Source: Camelus ferus (taxonomy: Eukaryota). From it: a stretch of 64,000 bases of DNA. The position numbers and the translations under genes are program-made. Below, piece after piece: positions 58,770 through 64,000 of the stretch. The stretch lies in NCBI RefSeq assembly GCF_009834535.1, contig NC_045696.1:104286001-104350000 (forward strand). The letters run 5' to 3'. The notes under the pieces were generated by a model. The model was not told the origin of the DNA. It saw only the letters and a list, made by a program, of their open reading frames with translations, and did not search any database. The first letter of the stretch is position 1. Each line of letters opens with the position of its first letter.

Positions 58770-60510
58770 TTAAAATTTTTATTGAGATATAGTCACTAAC
58801 CATTAAACTTACTGTTTTAAAGTGAATAATTCAGTGGTTTTTAGTGTGTTCACAAGATGGTGGAACTCTCACCACTATCTAATTCCAGAACATTTTCATC
58901 ACTCCAGAAAGCCATCTGTACTCAGTAGCTGTCACTCTCTATACTTCTTCCCCACAGCCCCTGGCAACTATTAATTGACTTTCTGTGTCTATAGATTGTC
59001 TATTCTGGACATTTCATATAAATGGAATTATATAATATGTAGTCTTTTGAATCTGGTTTGTTTCACTTAGCATAATGTTTTCAAGGTTTGTGCATGCATC
59101 AATATTTTGCTTTTTTATGGCTGAATAATATTGTATGGATATACCTCATTTTGTTTCTCCATTATCCATTGATGAACATTTGGATTGTTTCCACTTTTTG
59201 GCTAATATGAATGATGTTGCTGTGAACATTTGTGTACAAGCTATTGTTTGAACACATGTTTTAAATTCTCTTGAGTATATACCTAGGAGTGGAATTGCTG
59301 GGTCACATGGTAGCTCTGTTTAACTTTTTGAGGAAATGCCAGACTGTTTCTGAAACAGCTGCACCATTTTACATTTTTGCATTCCTACCAACAATGTTAT
59401 GAGGGTTACAGTTTCTCGACATCCTTACCAAAACTTGTTTTTTAGAAAAAAATTATTAGAGCCATCTAATAAGTGGTTTAGACTTGAATTTCCCTGAAGA
59501 CTAAGGATGTTGAGAACCTTTTGATGTGCTTATTGACCATTTATAGATCTTCTTTGGAGAAATGTCTATTGGAATGCTTTGTCCATTTAAAAATTGAGTT
59601 ATATGTCTTTTTTATTGTTGAGTTGTAAAGTGCTTTGTATAATATGGAAACTACACCCTTATCACATATATCATTGGCAAATATTTTTTTCCATTCTGTG
59701 GTTAGTCCTTTCACTTTTTTTTGACAGTGTCCTTTGAAATACAAAAATTTTAATTTTGATGAAATCAATTTATCTATATTTTTGTTGTTATTGCTTGCTA
59801 TGTTGGTGTCATTTAAGAAACCTTTGCCTAATCCAGGATCGTGGAGATTTATACCTGTGTTCTCTCCTAATACTTTATAGTTTGAGCTATTAGATCTTTG
59901 ATCCATTTTTAATTTTTTTTATTTCATGTGAGAAAATCAGTTGATTGTAGATGTATAGCTTACTACTGGACTCTATTCTAGTCCTTTGATCTACATATCT
60001 ATTCTTCTGTCAAACACAGTATCTTCATACTACAGCTTTGTAGTAATTTTTAAAATTTGGGAATGTGTGTTCTCTACTTTTTTTCTTATAAAGTGTATCT
60101 TGGACATTCTGAGCCTCTTGTATTTCAATATAACTTTTAGGATCAGCTCTTCTGTTTTTTCACAAAAGGCCATTAGAATCGTAATAGGGGTTGCATTAAA
60201 TCTATAAATCACGTTGGGGAGTATGCTATCTTAACAGTATTAAGTTTTCCAATCCATGAGCAAAAGATACCCTTCCATTTATTTAGGTCTTTTAAAATTT
60301 ATGTCAATAATGTTTTTTAATTTTCAGTGCACAAATCTGGCACTTCTATGGTTAAATTTATTCCTAAATATTTTTTTTTGGATACTGTTGTAAAAAAACG
60401 TTTCTTATTATTTTTTGAATTATTCATTGTTGGTATATAGAAATATAACTGATTTTGCTATATTGGTCTTTTATCCTGCAACTTTGATGAACTCATTATT
60501 AGCTCTAAGC
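58770..60510 (-). mobile_element. Old L1M (L1MB-like) ORF2 3' part and 3' UTR
   Basis: Degenerate ORF2 peptides LGENTGINLHDPGLGKGFL, EWKKIFANDICDKG, IYRFNATPITI; poly(T) 3' end near 58775. Confidence 0.88.
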
Positions 60511-60644
60511 TTTTTTTTTAATTTTAAAAGGAGGTAGATATATGCATATAAAAGGGTGTATGTATGTATACATACATATATACATATATATAAAACTTTA
60601 TGTAATCTGTGAATAGAGATCCTTTTATATGATTTTGTTTTTCT

Positions 60645-61870
60645 TTGGATATGACACCAAAAGAACAGGCAACAAAAGCAGAAATAGACAAGTGGGACTA
60701 CACCAAACTAAAAAGCTTCTGCACAGCAAAGTAAACAGTCAGTAGAGTGAAGAAGCAATCTATGAAATGGGAGAAAATATTTGCAAGCCATATATTTGAT
60801 AAGGGGTTAATTTCTAAAGTATCTGAAGAACTTGTACAACTCAAGAGCAAAAAACCAGATAATCCAACTATAAATTGGGCAAAAGACCTGAATAGACATT
60901 TTTTTTTTCAAAGAGGACATACAAATGGTCTACAGGTACACAGAAAGGTGCTCAGCATCACTGATTATCAGGGAAAGGCAAATTAAATCCACAATGAGAT
61001 GTCACCTCACATCGGTTAGAATGGTTGTTGTCGAAAAGACAAGAGATAACAACTGTTGTGTAGGACGTGGTGAAAGTGTACAGCACTGTCGATGGGAATG
61101 CAAAATGATATAGCCACTGGGGAAACAGTATGGAAGTTGCTAAAAAAACTAAAAATAGAACACATGATCCAGAAATCCCACTTCTAGATTTATGGCTGAA
61201 GGAAATTAAATCAGTATCTTGAAGAGATGTCTGCAATCCCATGTTCACTGCAGCATTATTCACAATAGTCAAGATGTGGAAACAACTTAAGTGCCCATCG
61301 ACAGATGAGTGGATAAAGAAAATGTCATACACACACACAGACACGCAAACCCCCCCACACTGACTCTCACAATGGAATAGCATTCAGCCATAAAAAAGGA
61401 AATCCTGCCATTTGTGTAACAACATGGGCAAATCTTCAGGACATTATGCTAAGTGAAATAAGAGACAGAGAAGAATAGTTATTGTATGATTTCACTTATA
61501 TGTGGAATCTAAAAAAAAAAGACCAAGTCATAGAAAACAGCAGAATAGTGGTTTCCAGGGACTGGGGTGGGGTGGGGGATATGGGCAGATGTTGACTAGG
61601 AGTACAACTTCTTTTTATGAGATGTATAAGTTCTGGGGCTCTAATGTAGAGTATAGTGACTATAGTTAATAATGTTGTATTATATACTTGAAATTTGCTA
61701 AGAGAGTAGATCTCTAACATTCTCATCACACCAAAGATTATGGGTGTATTAATTAACTGGATTATAGTCATCATTTCACAGTTTTTATGTGTATCAAGTC
61801 ATCACGTTGTATACTTCAAAAATACTCAATTTTACTTCTCAATTATTCCTCAGTGTAGTTGGATAAAAAA
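60645..61870 (+). mobile_element. L1MA-type ORF2 end and 3' UTR
   Basis: [17 protein letters not shown]...WAKDLNRHF; tcacttatatgtggaatctaaaaaa; 3' UTR motifs. Confidence 0.88.
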
Positions 61871-63500
61871 ACAAATTCAACATACAAAAATCAATGACCT
61901 TCATATAAACAAACAAAAACAGATGTAAAAGTAAAGAATACCCAATTTACATTCACAAACACAAGCAAAAAACAAAGAAAATACATAGATATAAACTTGA
62001 CCAGGAAAGTTCAAAGCCTCTATCAGGAAAGCTCTAAAACACCCTTGAAAGATTTAAATATAGACTTGAGCAAAAGGAAATATGTACCATAATTATGAAT
62101 AGGAAAACAGCATCACAAAGATGCCAGTTTCCCTAAGTTAATTAACAAATTCAAAGCAATTCTAATAAAGATATCAGATTTCTTTCTGAAGCTAGGAATG
62201 TTGATTATATTGTTTATTTGAAAGAACAAATAAGCAAGAACAGCCAGGAAAACTCTGATGGAGAATAGACATAAAGAGGTCTACTTGTACTAAATATTTT
62301 AAAGATATTTTAAGGCCTCTATAATTGAAACAGTATTAGTGCTGATGAAGAAATTGACTGACACTGAAAGAGAAATAGAAAAATCCAAATAGACCAAATT
62401 GCATGTAGAAATTTAATATGTACCGGAGGTACCATCTCAGGTCAATGGGGAAAAGACAAGGTATTTAAAATATGTGGTTAGGAGGACTGGATAGTCTTAT
62501 GTAAAAATATAAAATTGAATCCATTCCTCACATCAAAGTAAATGCTGAATGGATCAGAGATTTAAATGTGGTGAAAAATGAAGTTATACAAATATTAAAA
62601 GAAAATATGAATTAATAGTGTTATAACTTGGGAGTGGGGAAAACCTTCCTGAATGTGACAAAAATGAACAAGCAACAAAGGAAAAAAATTGATAAATGTG
62701 ATTCCATGAATAAAAATATTTTAAAGGATTAAAAGAAAATACAAACAAAAAAATAAAACAAAATCCCCGCAAAAATACCAGACCCATCAACCATGAGCAA
62801 AATAGAAAGACAATGACAGATTGAAAACAATGTGTAACCTATGGGCAAAGATTTGATACCCTAAACATCTAAAGAGCTTCTAAAAATTTTAGATGGAAAA
62901 TATCGTTTCCTTCAGAAAAATGAGCTAAAAATATAAAGTTTATAGAAAAAATGTTAATAGCCTTTAATTATATATAAAATTTCTTACTTTTGCTCATAAT
63001 AAGTGAAATGCAAAGTAAGTCAACACTGAGATACCATTTCCATCCATCAGATTACCAGAATCCCCAGAAATTGAGAACATACTCTCTTAGCAAAGCTCTT
63101 GGGGGAACAGGAGCTCTCAAATATTATTGGTGGGAATGGTATAAATGACACGGACACTGTGGAGGGGAATTGGACATAACTCTCAAAATTAAATTTACCT
63201 CTTGACTCAGCAATTCCAGTTCTAAGACTCTCTCCCAAAGATATACTGACAAAAATACAAAAAAGATTCGTTCACGGTGTTATTACAGCACTATTTGTAA
63301 TAGCACAAAAATGTCCATCAACAGGGAACTGATTATAAAATAAAATACATCCACACAATGGTGTCTAATGCAGTTACATAAAAAAATAAGGAAGACTTCG
63401 GTTGACTGTTTCAAAATGATTTCTAAAATATATTATTGAGTGCAAAATCCAGGTGTAGAAATGTACATATAATATGCTACCATTCATCTCAGAAAAGGCC
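61870..63500 (+). mobile_element. Further ancient L1M ORF2/3' fragment
   Basis: caaaaatcaatgaccttc, tggatcagagatttaaatgt, gactcagcaattccagttcta, aaatgtccatcaacagg. Confidence 0.75.
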
Positions 63501-64000
63501 TTAAGTCATTGGGTTATCTTGATATATGAGACAGAAAGAAAAACCCAAAGTTTAGATTTCAGGGAAATCTAGGGACGAAGTTGAGGGGGACTGTATATCT
63601 TAGTTTATAGGGCTGATTTAGAAACCACTTAAATACTTTACATAATTATAAAACAAAATTAAACTAAAAAGAGAAATCCTAAAACTTAAGGCGAAAAGAA
63701 AAAAACTGAACCTGTGACTTGAGTTGGTGGCACAACCATACAAAGAGGAATTGTTTTAAGTTAGTTTAAAACATGGTAATTTGATTGTCCATCCCTAGTG
63801 GGTTTTATCCCCAAGTAGAAACAAAACAAAACAAAACAAACAAAAAGAAATCTTATATTCTTTCAGTAATCCTGCTGTTAATGATCTTGTTGATATTGTC
63901 ATTCTGGAAGTGTTGTGTGTATATTTTTCAATAAAATAAATGAGGAATTATGTTGATGTTAATGAGAATCACAATTTTGGGCATGGGAGAAACACAGATG

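Noticed and set aside
59541..61383. Several ORFs with L1 ORF2-like peptides
   Set aside because: Fragmented, frameshifted L1 relics

Overview
Mammalian genomic DNA, most likely camelid (alpaca/camel), judged from Vic-1-type tRNA-derived SINEs. It holds one complete protein-coding gene, TRIM42, on the minus strand. The five coding exons are 57320-56980, 52311-51614, 48925-48102, 45076-44852 and 36225-36139; all introns are GT-AG with compatible phases, giving 2175 nt / 724 aa (Cys-rich N-terminus, RING, two B-boxes, coiled-coil/COS, FN3), and there is an AATAAA at 35972-35977. The rest is intronic or intergenic and rich in L1, L2, MIR, MaLR/ERV LTRs and hAT fragments; repeat family names are from recall and boundaries of old repeats are approximate. 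I found no evidence of a new multi-gene system. The most notable signals are unusual retrotransposition products (a 125-bp flanking duplication, an L1/non-L1 chimeric insert, a twin-primed inversion) and TRIM42 regulatory oddities (a start-stop uORF, and a CpG-rich MIR supplying an in-frame ATG inside a YY1 motif). There are also candidate enhancer motifs, including a perfect Sox-Oct composite.
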